Below, piece by piece: positions 1-11,830 of a stretch of 64,000 nt of DNA; the first letter of the stretch is position 1, and every line of letters starts with the position of its first letter. The position numbers and the translations under genes are program-made. The notes under the pieces were generated by a model that ran no database searches, was not told the DNA's origin, and was given only the letters and a program-made list of their open reading frames with translations. The stretch covers positions 28,949,873 through 29,013,872 of the forward strand of contig NC_068995.1 in NCBI RefSeq assembly GCF_001194135.2, written 5' to 3'. The stretch is from Octopus bimaculoides (lineage: Eukaryota).

Positions 1-300
1 ATAAAAGTAAGCACAACACACCTGATATAATGATTTGGGATAGAGAAGAGAAACAGTGCGCAGTTGTGGAAATTAACTGCCCGACGGATGTTAACATAAA
101 GCTGAAGATCAGTGAAAAATAGAATACCTAAGCTGAACCATTGAAAAATCTGCAGTACTCTATCAAGTCTGCATACAAATCTGCACATACAGACATACAG
201 ACCCTGTTGGGAGTAGTTACTCTATCTGGGCTAGAAACCGGTTCTTTCTGTATTGGCAAGAAATCTTGAAATAAATTGAATAATGACATACATACATAAA
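1..300 (+). mobile_element. R4/Dong-like RLE non-LTR retrotransposon, 3' fragment (dead, internally deleted)
   Basis: Translates as KHNTPDIMIWDREEKQCAVVEINCPTDVNIKLKISEK*NT*AE, an RLE PD..(D/E) motif. It aligns by eye with 52820-53460, including the 3' UTR, and ends in (CATA)n. It runs off the window start. Confidence 0.75.
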
Positions 301-696
301 TACGTACATACACATATACAAACATACATACATACATACATACATACAAACATTCGAACCCACAAGAGTTAGCAAGTGAAACAGAGACAGAGAGAAACAA
401 GAAAAATGCCGCTGTTATTTGAATACTATACAAATATGTCTTTAAAAAGACTTTTCTTTTAAATTTACCAAAATTTAATTTTTCAATAATTTTTCAAAAA
501 TTTATTATTCATATTTACTGTTGAAAAGATCTCAAGGATCGAAACCGGTTCTGTAATGTTCTTTATAAAAGTATTTTAGCATTTTCTACTTTGTCTTTTT
601 TCCATATATATATATAAAGAATAAAAAGTGTTGAATGGTACAACAATGCACTATAATACAAAAAATGGACTATATACTTGTAATTAGTTATCTATA

Positions 697-736
697 GTCC
701 GATGATATTTCGGAATACAATTCCTTCTTCAGGTCT
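697..736 (-). ncRNA. Hammerhead-ribozyme-like motif (intact core, poor stem I)
   Basis: Minus strand reads CTGAAGA-A-GGAAT-TGT-ATTCC-GAAA-T-ATC-ATC-GGAC. Core and 5-bp stem II are intact, but stem I pairs only 1 bp. Confidence 0.4.
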
Positions 737-1093
737 TCTTAGATGGAGTTTCTGCTATAAACTGTTTACTAACGACTTTTCTTTTTTTTTTTCCGGAAGT
801 GTCGCGGTAGTGGTCTCACGAAGCTCCTTCCGGAATTCCTCATGAGAAGTGTGTGAGGTCGGCTATATTTCAATCTCGTGTGTGTTGGTATATCTGTAGC
901 GCTACTTCTAAGTTATGTGTTATACATGCAGCTTCTCTTTTTTATTTTGTGTTATAAACAATACATGAGCATGTTATTAAGAATGAACCTACACGCGTCC
1001 AGATGTGGCTAAATAATATATTGATTACCAATCTCAAGCCTGTTGTTAATTTTATGTATGCATATGTATGTATGTGTGTATGAATGTGTAATC

Positions 1094-1097
<4 letters not shown>

Positions 1098-1158
<61 letters not shown>
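1098..1158. repeat. Compound (TA)n(TG)n microsatellite
   Basis: Directly visible. Confidence 0.95.
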
Positions 1159-1164
<6 letters not shown>

Positions 1165-1566
1165 TATAGGTAACGAAAAATTAAAGAGGTGAACTCTTTT
1201 CAAGAAACAACAGCGTAGGGCTCAATCTATTAAGCGATTCGATTAAAGTATCAATTAGGAGACAAATTTCAGAGTCAATAATATATTTTGTGGACTAGAT
1301 AAACGTATAGTTGTAGTCTTTCGCCCCAACTTACTCTCATTCTTTCTTCCTGTTTCTTGAGTAAAGCTGCGATGGACTGGAGTCCCGTCCAGCTGGTGGG
1401 GTGGGGAACACATACGCATAGAAGCCGGGAAACCAGACCCATGAACCTGGATAGGCTTTAAAAAGGCCGCATAAATAAGTAAATATATACTCTCTGTGTT
1501 TAGACGTGTGTCGGCTTTGATGAGGAGTATTATTGACATTGAAATTTGTCTCTTTCTAATTAATAC

Positions 1567-1601
<35 letters not shown>

Positions 1602-1602
<1 letters not shown>

Positions 1603-2400
1603 TGGCTTAAGTACCCGGCGTTGCTCGGTAATTTAAAAAATGTTAACGGAAATAAAAACACATATTCTGATAAAAAATATATTTTCAGAAAAATTCTATC
1701 AGATGACGTGAGTACATATAAAGTTATTAAAACAAATTCTGAAATGAATCACAGTTTAATTTTGTAGAACTTCTAAATATACAATGTTTTCAGTGTCCTT
1801 TAATTGGGGTACACATAAAAAGAGTTTTGGGACTTCCAGCTCGCGAACATCCTACATATAATTGCCCATGAGAGAAGCAAGGAGAAGCAAGGTTAAATCC
1901 AACTGAGCGATTGTCCTTAAGATTTATTTATGGACAAATGGAGCCATTTAAATTCAAAATGGAGGTCAGATGGGATTAACGGGATCCGTGAAATGAAGAC
2001 ATCCTCACCCTTATATTTTCCAGTGATAATTGCTGCCTCTAGGACATGGGGGTTGCATCGCTTTCACCACCAGTCTGGTGCAATTGCACAGGCGAGGTGG
2101 ATCTAGATTCCTGAACAGCATGATTGGGCTCCCTTTTTTAAGTGTTAAGTTGTGAGGTGGCATCCCAGGTGGCTGTAGAGAGTTCAGGAACCCAGTTGGA
2201 AAAACTACAGACTGGTCTTGATCAATGATAGTGTCGGTTTATTTGAAAAACTGTTCTTGTCCTGACCATAGCTGCAAGAGATCCCAATTGATTTTGTCAA
2301 CAGCATCATTACGTGAAGCTAAGATGGCTGTTGCTAAAGTTTTGTGTAATGTTTTTTGAGTTGTTCCAAAAATATCCAAAATACGTATTGGAAGTTTATC
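1602..2400 (-). mobile_element. Helitron 3' terminal fragment with decayed PIF1 helicase C-terminus
   Basis: Minus strand gives AILASRNDAVDKIN...FPTGFLNSLQPPGMPPHNLTLKKGSPIMLFRNLDPPRLCNCTRLVVK...HGQLYVGCSR. The terminal hairpin CCGAGCAACGCCGG is followed by CCAG|T, a CTAG variant. Confidence 0.85.
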
Positions 2401-4020
2401 AAGGTATAACATTTTCTAATCCCTATCCAAGTAGAAATAGTCACATCGGATTTAAATATGAAATATCGAGTGTGGTCTAGCTAGATCTATTCCACGAACA
2501 AATATTTGAATAACTCATGTCGATATCTCTAACTTATGTCACGGGAATATTGAACTTCAAAAATTTATAAAGTTTATCGTATAAATTGAAAGATATCCTG
2601 AAGTGTATATTGCCTAAAGGACTGAATGAATGAATGATTTATATCAATGTAATAAGAGTTTTCACCGGGCGTGCGTCCGTATGAAGACCTTTCGTTATTT
2701 AGAAACCATACTGTATCTTTTTCTTCTGAAAATTACATCAGTTGTGGGTAACATCGAATTTTAAGTTTTACATTATAGTAATTCCAGTTCTTCGCGGAGG
2801 CCCCCTACGACCGCAAGGGTTGCAGGTGCTTAGCGCCGGCTCTGCTGTGAACAAGTTTAGGGTTACAAATAGGGTTAGTATTTAGGCGTATGGTGTTATT
2901 GTAAATATTTACCAAATTTTTATCCAGTCACAATCATGTTTATCAGTGATCAACTTTTATGTGAAAATGTTGGCGTGAATGCGCGAGCGACAGGACCGTA
3001 CACAGAAATTTTGTTTCAGAAAAGTACTTCTTACATACCTTCCTGTCAATTCATTGGATTAATCCCGACAAAATACTATAAGTTTAGTCACTGGCTTAAC
3101 ACCCATGTTTGTGTTCTTCATTCCAAAATAATAAAAACTTTAACATTGTATCAAAATGGGACTTCGTCCATATTAACCTCGTGCACATATGCGCAGGTGT
3201 GTGTGTGTGTGGGAGGGGATTAGTGCGTAAGAAAAACATTTACGGAAATGTACTCATAAAATTTATCTTTATATGCCATGTTTGCAATTCTCCACATAAA
3301 TGATAGCAAGGTGTGTATCAAATGAAATTAAAATCCTGTTTCAGTGACNNNNNNNNNNNNNNNNNNNNNNNNNNNNNNNNNNNNNNNNNNNNNNNNNNNN
3401 NNNNNNNNNNNNNNNNNNNNNNNNNNNNNNNNNNNNNNNNNNNNNNNNNNNNNNNNNNNNNNNNNNNNNNNNNNNNNNNNNNNNGGGGATCGTAGACGTA
3501 AAACGGAGAATTATTCAATATCGCGTTTGCTTCTATCAAAATCGTTTATCTTTAAAGTGTAAAAACAAAACCGACGTATACGACAGGTATGTAAAACATA
3601 TTTCTGTTTACTTTCTCTGTTCATTCGCATGAGCCGTAGAAATTGTTGCGCGCACGCACACAAAAACACAGAAATTTTCCAGACATTTAGCTGTTATTTT
3701 TAGCAGTTCATTTGCAGTTTTAGACAACGGGATGGGTATGGCGAGGGGTGTATGAATCAATTTGGGAGTTCTTCATAGAAAATTTGATATTAAAATTGTT
3801 TTTTCCATATTCGTGGATTGAAAGAAAAAAATTTTTCTAAATGTAAAAGGATTAAAGATTTTGGGGGAGGTGGCAATTTAAAACTTTGAATATTAGGAAT
3901 CTCTGTCATCGAAAACATAGGAATCCACTGAAGAAAAAATCGGAAGGGTCATGTGGGGTCAAACAAGTAAAAGAATAGAAGAATAAAAGAATATATATGT
4001 GTAAGTGTGAGTGTGTGTCT

Positions 4021-4086
<66 letters not shown>

Positions 4087-4329
4087 AGTTAATGTAGACA
4101 GCATTTTAGCAATGTGTTACCAAAAAAGAAAACTATAATTGTCATTAAATATGATTGAGGGTGTTTGAACAGCTACGATGCTAGAAATAACTGCTAAAGC
4201 GCTCTAATGCCACCGTCAAAGCAGATAATTGTATACGTACATACCAACGGCGATCGACTGCTGCTTTCGGGCGGTTACGGTCGCTGTCCGTATGTATGTA
4301 TACGTTTATGTGCTTTGACTGTAGCATTA

Positions 4330-5262
4330 AAGCGCTTTAATTCTTAACACCTGTCTGTGTTCGGATAGTCCTTGCACAGGGGCTATCCGGACTCCCGTCT
4401 TCGCCGTGAATAGGGATTAATCTTCTCTCTTCGCTCCTTTGCACCACATCGGCTCAACTCTCCTCACCTCTTCATCTAGCCCTCCTCCCCTCTCCTCTCT
4501 TCCTCTCACAACTACTTCCTCCCACCTACCTCTCCTCCCTTGCTCCGACTCCTTCTCTTCACTCCTACTCACCTTCTCTTCATTCCTACCCACATTCTCC
4601 TTTCCCCCTCTTCCTTCATTGTCACACTCCCTCGTAACCCCACCCCTAAACAATCCGACCTCACCTTCCCTATCCATCCTATCCCATCCCCCATCCCTTA
4701 AACCCACTTCCACATGCCCTACCCTCAATATAACCTACACCCAACTCTTGCTTTCCCCAGTCTCGCCGCCCCCATCTCCCAACACCACCACACCACACAC
4801 CACTACACCATACACCACCATACCACCCAACACCACATCAAATCACACCACCACGCACACACTAGCACTGATCTTGCCAGCTCCACACCATCAACCACAC
4901 ACCTACACATGCACGCACGCACACGTCAAGGTCGCCGGCCCTCTCCCACACGCTTATATATGCTCTCTTATACACACGCACGCGCACCTTCATTTTGAGA
5001 TCAGCACTACTTTATTATCTCCCCTTCTTCCTAGCTCTCCTGTGTGACCCCTCTGTCCGGTATTTGCCATGATAAATCGCTAGCCACTACACATTCTTTA
5101 TTTTCTCTCCTTGTTTCTTTCTGTGTTCCTTCCTGTCGAAGAGTGTAGGCTCGAAACGTTAAAGACTTTTTCACTTCCTGAGCGTTAAAATAATACATCT
5201 GTTTGTTGTCTACACCACCTGTCTTCGTCTTTTTCTTTTGTTTTTTCTTGTCAATTCAGTCA
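4330..5262 (+). mobile_element. Penelope-like element 3' fragment (GIY-YIG C-terminus plus C-rich 3' region)
   Basis: About 4370-4460 reads SRLRRE*GLIFSLRSFAPHRLN, matching the PLE GIY-YIG C-terminal R..E..LI..L.T..P.GLN motif. The 3' end (5070-5260) is homologous to 24601-24780 on the minus strand and is followed by (TA)n. Confidence 0.65.
5129..5164 (+). ncRNA. Minimal hammerhead-like motif with U at core position 6
   Basis: CTTC-CTGTCGA-A-GAG-TGTAGG-CTC-GAAA-C-GTT-AAAG, with a palindromic ACGT stem III. A second copy lies at 24691-24726. Confidence 0.5.
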
Positions 5263-5284
5263 TATATATATATACATATACACA

Positions 5285-5443
5285 CTAGCAGAGACACCCG
5301 GCGTTGCTCGGGATTAAAAAGCATAGTTTGCATATAATATATTACAGTTATGTTGAAACAGGTGATATGGAAAAGTGTAGCATTGACAACAAGACATTCG
5401 TGGAATAAATGATGGGCTAATTCGACTAAGCAACATGCTATGC
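5285..5443 (-). mobile_element. Helitron 3' terminal fragment
   Basis: Minus strand ends CCCGAGCAACGCCGGG-TGTCTCTG-CTAG|T. About 160 bp is closely similar to 59678-59835. Confidence 0.75.
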
Positions 5444-5499
5444 AAAAGTGCCCCACCACCACCACGTATGGAATATTGTAAAGAAGGTAAGGTTTCGGC

Positions 5500-5895
5500 A
5501 ATCCCTAAATCCCTAAATGACTATATGACTAGCATTAAACAATTGCCTAACATACACAACCTCGCAGACTTAAGAAAGAACATTTATGAAATAAACACTC
5601 CACACACCAAAACATACAACAAAACCCATAATTCCACATACAATGACATAAACACAGAAGCAAAGGAGCTAGCCACCCGCCTTAATATAAAGCAGCGTTT
5701 CTCAACCTGGGTTCTCTGGAACCCTAGCGTTCCGCAAAAGGTTCCTAGGGTTCTACGAGAAACAGTGAGATAAGCTAATGCTAATTTCATGATCATAATA
5801 TTACTATGCATGCACAATGTATTATTGGTTATTGTAATTTTGTAATATAGACATCATCCTATCTAACTTACTATGTTATTAAAAATATATAACAA

Positions 5896-5948
<53 letters not shown>

Positions 5949-7800
5949 CATACATACATATGATGTTTACCACGTGGATTACGATGAAAAGATATGAGAA
6001 AGATATGGTATACAATTTTTTTTGTGCAGGGTTTCCTTGAGACATAATTTACTTTAAGAGTTACTCAAGGGTAAAAAAGTTGAGCAGCACTGACATAGAG
6101 GATCGCGCGGACTGCTTCGCCCTCCCCTCAACACACACACATTACACTTAAGGACCACAAGCCCAACTTCCTCTCCAATCCCAAATGTAGGCTGATCGAC
6201 CCCTCTAAAAGTGAGAGAGGTATCATTATCAAACGTATTCTCGATACTATAAACTACGATATCAGAAGAGCTACAGGGTTGACTCAATGGAAGTCCAGCG
6301 CAGCCGTGATCGACTGTTTTCGCGGTACCGAGAATAAATCAGCCTGCAGATTCACCCAGTTCGACATTGTCGACTTCTATCCTTCCATATCTAAACCCTC
6401 CTCCTGAAGGTCCTAACTTTTGCTGAGCAATACACCAGCATTAGTGATCTTGACATCAGAATTATCATGAATGCCAGAAAGTCAATTCTGGTCTAAGACA
6501 ATTTCTTCTGGGTGAAGAAAGAAGGCGATCCATTGTTCGATGTCCCTATGGGGATCTCTAACGGGGCTAAAATCACCGACTTCGTCGGATTATACATTTT
6601 AGATACCCTCAAGAGACATACCCACCTACATAGGTCGGCCCTCCATAGGGACGACGGCTGGCTATTTCAAGGCATATGAACGGTCACGCCATGGACAGAT
6701 ACAGGAAGGACTCGATAAAAATATTTAAAGAGTTCGGCTTGTCCATCACGGCAACCATCAATCTGACTGCGGGTGACTACTTGGACGTAACCTTAAACCT
6801 GTATACGGGGAAGTATTACCCTTACAGGAAGCCTAAAAACATCCACAAGAGTTCAAACCATACCCCGTTGTAATTAGAAACCTGGTTCCCGGCATTAGCA
6901 AACGTCTATCTAATCTCTCGGCTAATAGCGAGATCTTTAACAGGGCTGCCCCACCCCCACTACAACGCTGCTTTGGCTAGGAGCAGGTTTACTAAGGAGC
7001 TCATTTACGTGGACAACCACCATACACCCTCTCCTCGCCTCAAAAAGATTAGGAAAAGGAAAGTTATATGGTATAACATCCTTTTCAGCCTAGAAGTTTC
7101 CACCAACGTAGTTAGGGGCCTCCTGTCGTTAATTAAGAAACACTTCTTCAGAGGCCACAGCATTACAAACTCTTCAACCCCCATAAAGTGAAGGTGAGCG
7201 ACTCCTGCTTAGACAACATCGCATCCCAAATCGCATGCACCAACAGACGTAAAAATGCACCTGCATCAACCCCAACCCCAACCTGCGACTTCCGAATCCC
7301 CAACATGTGCTCTCTAGAAGGATTCTGCTTCTCAAGGTCTGTAGTGTACAGAGCCACCCTTAAACCATCCGATGGCATTACTAGGCACTATACGAGTATG
7401 ACAGCTAATGACGTCAAGAGAAGATACTCCCAGCATATGCACACATTCCGATCAAGGGACAGCGAGAACCCTCCTTCCCTGTTCCGTTTTCTCTGGAGAT
7501 TCCGTGACCGAGACGAAACACCCAACATCAAGTGGACTATTGGCGACAGAGCACCACCATATTCACCGGCGCCCCCAACTGCCAGCTGTGCCTCCACGAA
7601 AAACTGAATATCCTCCAACAACCTGTAGTATCCATCAATAAGTAATATGATTTATCTTATTGTTGTCAACAGCGGTATGCACTTCTGGCAAATTTCAAGA
7701 CTCTGACTGACTACAACCCGGATATACCACCTTAGTACCAGTGGCTACACTGTACCAAGGTCGCTGTCACCAACCAACCCATGAGCAGGACCGCCAATTA
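5500..7800 (+). mobile_element. Penelope-like retroelement (RT plus C-terminal GIY-YIG), frameshifted, interrupted by a hAT MITE
   Basis: Motifs include KNIYEINT..TKTYNK..INTEAKELATRLNI, ITLKDHKPNFLSNPKCRLIDPSKSE, QFDIVDFYPSI, YLDVTLNLYTGKYYPYRKPK, KRKVIWYN and SVVYRATL..RHYTSMTANDVKRRYSQH, plus CQLCLHEK. Confidence 0.9.
5693..6092. mobile_element. hAT/Charlie-like MITE
   Basis: TIRs CAGCGTTTCTCAACCT and CAGTGCTGCTCAACTT match at 12/16. The flanks ATATAAAG (5685-5692) and ACATAGAG (6093-6100) form an imperfect 8-bp TSD. The PLE coding sequence resumes across the insert. Confidence 0.7.
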
Positions 7801-8053
7801 CAAATCCTCAACAATACCAATCCCCAAGGCTTACCAATTCTCAACGTTTACCAACTCGCAACGCTTGTTATGCGCATGTATACTCATGCATCGTACATAT
7901 GAATGAATACACATTTGGGGATATGTGTGTATGAGTGCGTGCGTGCGCGTGTGTGCGCGCACNNNNNNNNNNGGGGATATGTGTGTATGAGTGCGTGCGT
8001 GCGCGTGTGTGCGCGCACGTGCATGTGTATGCATGTGTGTGCGCGTATACCCA

Positions 8054-8092
<39 letters not shown>

Positions 8093-8404
8093 GGTGCGCG
8101 TGCGCGACCATGCGCAGATGCGCACACTCTCATAAATACAGACACACGCAAAACCATATGAGCGCGTCCACATACCCACATGTACAACGATATACTTGTG
8201 CATACCGCCCGTTCCTATCTTCACTCCAATAACCTCTCTACCACGTGGTTTATTTCCTGTTCACCATGTGGTGTCTTCCAGCTAACTGTCGTCACTCACA
8301 TACGATTATACCAAAAACAAACTACATCACCACGTGACCTTCCTCGACCAATCGCAGCCCACCTTACTGTAATAACAATGAACTTCTTTCATTCAAATTC
8401 AAAA

Positions 8405-8446
8405 TGGCTGAAGATTAACATCACGCTTGAAACTCTCAGAGTGCCA
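8405..8446 (+). ncRNA. Degenerate hammerhead-like motif at the probable 3' end of the 5500-7800 PLE
   Basis: TGG-CTGAAGA-TTAACATCACGCTT-GAAA-CTC-TCA-GAGT-G-CCA. Stems I and III pair, stem II is poor, and the triplet is GUG (non-cleavable). Confidence 0.4.
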
Positions 8447-8579
8447 GCGAATTTGAATCAAACTTTTGATCCTTATATGTGTGTGTGTGCGTGTGTGTGT
8501 GTGTATACACAATTTTTAACGCTGAACCCGAAGTCGATAAATCAATATTTAAATCCGCGTTCTCCATTCTCTACGTATT

Positions 8580-8632
8580 GGCGCAGGCATGTCTCTGTGG
8601 TAAGAAGTTTGATTCCCGTCAGATCGATCCGG
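8580..8632 (+). mobile_element. tRNA-derived SINE family A, 5' head running into an N gap
   Basis: GGCGCAGGCATGTCTCTGTGGTAAGAAGTTTGATTCCC resembles the heads at 21505 and 34272. Confidence 0.55.
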
Positions 8633-9041
8633 NNNNNNNNNNNNNNNNNNNNNNNNNNNNNNNNNNNNNNNNNNNNNNNNNNNNNNNNNNNNNNNNNNNN
8701 NNNNNNNNNNNNNNNNNNNNNNNNNNNNNNNNNNNNNNNNNNNNNNNNNNNNNNNNNNNNNNNNNNNNNNNNNNNNNNNNNNNNNNNNNNNNNNNNNNNN
8801 NNNNNNNNNNNNNNNNNNNNNNNNNNNNNNNNNNNNNNNNNNNNNNNNNNNNNNNNNNNNNNNNNNNNNNNNNNNNNNNNNNNNNNNNNNNNNNNNNNNN
8901 NNNNNNNNNNNNNNNNNNNNNNNNNNNNNNNNNNNNNNNNNNNNNNNNNNNNNNNNNNNNNNNNNNNNNNNNNNNNNNNNNNNNNNNNNNNNNNNNNNNN
9001 NNNATATATATATATATATACACCCACACACATACATACAT

Positions 9042-9350
9042 ATACACATGCATATATGGGTACAGGACGTCACCAACGGTAAACAACATGAAATACGAAA
9101 GCAAATGTGTTCAATAGTCAAACAACGAGAGAAACCAATGGAAAACAGGACAAGTAACATAAAGAACGACCCTTCGTCAGTTGTCGGCTGTCTATCTACT
9201 CCGCATTTCGAGCATTGAACGACAATATGAGTCTTCGAAGACTGTCCTGTTTTCCATTTATTTCACTCGTTTTTTGAGTATTGAACTCATTTGCTTTCAC
9301 ATTTCATGTTTACTGTTGGTGACGTCCTCTACTCATATATGCATGTGTAT
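9042..9350. repeat. Palindromic element (about 110-bp inverted arms), probably PLE 3'-end derived
   Basis: 9042-9152 is the imperfect reverse complement of 9243-9350. Same family as 24812-25164 and 21256-21275. Confidence 0.8.
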
Positions 9351-9477
9351 ATGTATATATGTATGTGTGTGTGAGAGAGAGTGTGTGTATGTATGTATAT
9401 ATATATTATTCATATATGTATACATATAAATATTTACATATATATATACACATATATTTGTGTGTGTGTGTGTGTGT

Positions 9478-9675
9478 GTGTCCTATCGCCACTTGAGAAT
9501 CGGTGTTGGTGTATTTATGTTGCCACAACTTAACGGTTTGATAAAACAGAATTATAGAATAAGTTCCAGCCTGTAAAGCAAAATAAGTCGTGGGGTCGAT
9601 TCGTTCGGCTAAAATCCTTGGAGGTGGCACTCCCACATGACCGCAGTCTAATGACTGAAACAAGTGAAAAAAAAA
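9478..9675 (+). mobile_element. SINE family A, 3' half
   Basis: Matches 34480-34680 (aataagtc.tggggtcgatt...ccgcagtc.aatgactgaaacaagt plus A-rich tail). Confidence 0.8.
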
Positions 9676-11329
9676 AGGATGTGTATGACGATACGTTACC
9701 ATGTGTATGTATGTATACGTGTGTGTATATGCATACAAGTGTGCAGACATGCATATTGGTCTGGGTGTCTCTCTGTGCGTGTGTACTTGCTGTGGAAGCG
9801 TGCTTGTGCCCGAATGGGTGTATATGTGTATTCATGTGAGTGTGTGTATATGTTTATGCATGCTTCCGCACGTGTCCCATCACCCAGGCGAGCTGAACCT
9901 GTAACCCGAAAGGTGACGTCACGGCTGTGACAGCCTGGCAGATACCTGACGAAATTCCAGCTGTTTAAAAGATATTCTAATAATGTAGTAGTTTCTTTTC
10001 AAAGTTATGAGAGAAAATAGTAACGATTTCTAACATTGAAGCAATTGTTCAATCGACTCTTTTACATGCTGGTTCTTTACTTTGAGATCTCATTAAAGAG
10101 GAGTTGCCATCGACGTCGTTCGACATGCTGGAATTAATGGCTGTGGCTTTCTCTCTAAAAATCATAACCTTTTCTTTTAAATCAAGAACAAATATACTGG
10201 GTAAGGTTGTACGAAATAGTCTTAACAAGGCGGGGAGATCACAAGTGGGATTCTGTCTGAGGTCTTTGTGATCAGTTGCAGAAGTTAATAACTGGACTGT
10301 GTAGAAACTATGCTAGTAGATGTCTGAAGTGAAGATATATACGGACGGAAGAATTTATACTAGTCACATTATTCTTTATGAACGGAAATATCTCAATGAC
10401 TTAGGTAACTATAGTCAATGGTAATCCAACCTAATCCTCCCTTCTTTGATTCACATATCATGTGCCCTGGACTATGTTCTCCAATGTCTCTTATTTTTAA
10501 ATCGAAGCGTGTAATTTGGGATACTTGGCTGCTATCTATATCCGGTCGAATGAATGCATAGAATCCCTCTTATTACTTCGGTTGAAGAGACGTTTAAGCA
10601 TGAAGTGTGCATTGTTACATGGTGGTTTTGAAATCAATTTCGCTGTGAGATTCAGAAAGATCTCAGATACCATTTGAAAGTGGTTTCATTGCCAACTTAT
10701 TAAGAGGTTTAGGTACCAACTCAATTCTGATATTTTTCAGCTAAAGATAGTTTAGGTATCAACTAAATAGTACTTGCAAAACAGGAAATTAGTTTACTTA
10801 GCATTTATGTAAAATATTTGATTTATTTTCTCTGAAGAATAAGTATTCATAGAAACGATTACTTTAAATATATTACAGTTTAGATAAAGGAATTACAGTT
10901 CTCTAATTCATTAGAATGGCACAAAGAGTGATAAAAAATGGTTTTAGATTTTTCCGATTCTCATCATAATTCAAATTTTAAATGAATACTTGCAATTTTA
11001 TTTAGGTAAACTTACCAATATTTCAAACATTTTCAAGAATCCCAAGGTTAGTGGCTAAAGTGCCAAAACAACTGAGGAAAATAGTTCTTTCGGTATTTAT
11101 TTTTTCGCGCAACTTTTTAAGCAAGTGTCTCGTTCCTTACTGATTTCTAACGGGTCAATCATTAGTTTATAACATTTGTGAAGCGACAAAGTAGTATCTG
11201 TAACTCAGTGTAAAACAAATATTGCGTGATTGGATTATCAGTTATCACGACAAGCTTGCATACATACGCGCGCGCATATATATATGTTTGTATGTGAAAG
11301 TATCTGTGCGTGATAGGCTTCTGCAAAAT

Positions 11330-11830
11330 TTCCGTCTATAAATTTCCATTCATAAAGTATTGGTCAAGCCGAGATATGGGAGAAAACATCGCCCAAAGTT
11401 CTGCACAGTGTGATTCGGTCTTGAACGTCGTAGATGCGATGCGAACATCTTTAACCACACGATTCGCTAGAATAGTTTCAGCCACTAGCTTGCAATCGAT
11501 TGTTGAATCCTATCTAATTTGTTAGTGATATGAATACTAACAAGTTAACCGAGCTTGAGCAAATAGTTAAGTTTTCCACATCTAACACAACACAAGGTTT
11601 TGCTATCGTGAACTAACGTCTTCTCAAGACATTATTTGTTCCAGTAAGAGAGAACGAATGATACCTAAATCATTTTTGATCAACTGTCTATATTTTTATT
11701 GAATCACCCATTACAAAAGACGAATGAGTATCCTGAATGAGCAGTCATATGTTGAAGACATTCCATCCATGACCATCTTGCCTTAGAGATAGATTATCGT
11801 ATGTGTTTTCTCTTGTTAAGAAATAGTTGA
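11330..11830 (-). mobile_element. Possible highly decayed L1/Tx1-like RT fragment
   Basis: Minus strand gives LSLRQDG (cf. SPGxDG) and IDCKLVAETILANRVVKDV (cf. DYKILAKxLANRL). Weak similarity only. Confidence 0.3.

Noticed and set aside
513-557. Hammerhead-like GATC..GATC-GAAA-CCGGTT-CTGTAATG
   Set aside because: Stem II and a palindromic stem III are present, but the core would need several substitutions and can be parsed two ways. Too degenerate to call.
4439-5047. 202-aa Ser/Pro/Thr-rich ORF
   Set aside because: Low-complexity C-rich sequence inside a PLE 3' region with no domain similarity.
7917-8020. Apparent 45-bp direct repeat around a 10-N gap, with a similar case at 17215-17318
   Set aside because: This is the pattern of unmerged overlapping contig ends, so it is probably an assembly artefact.
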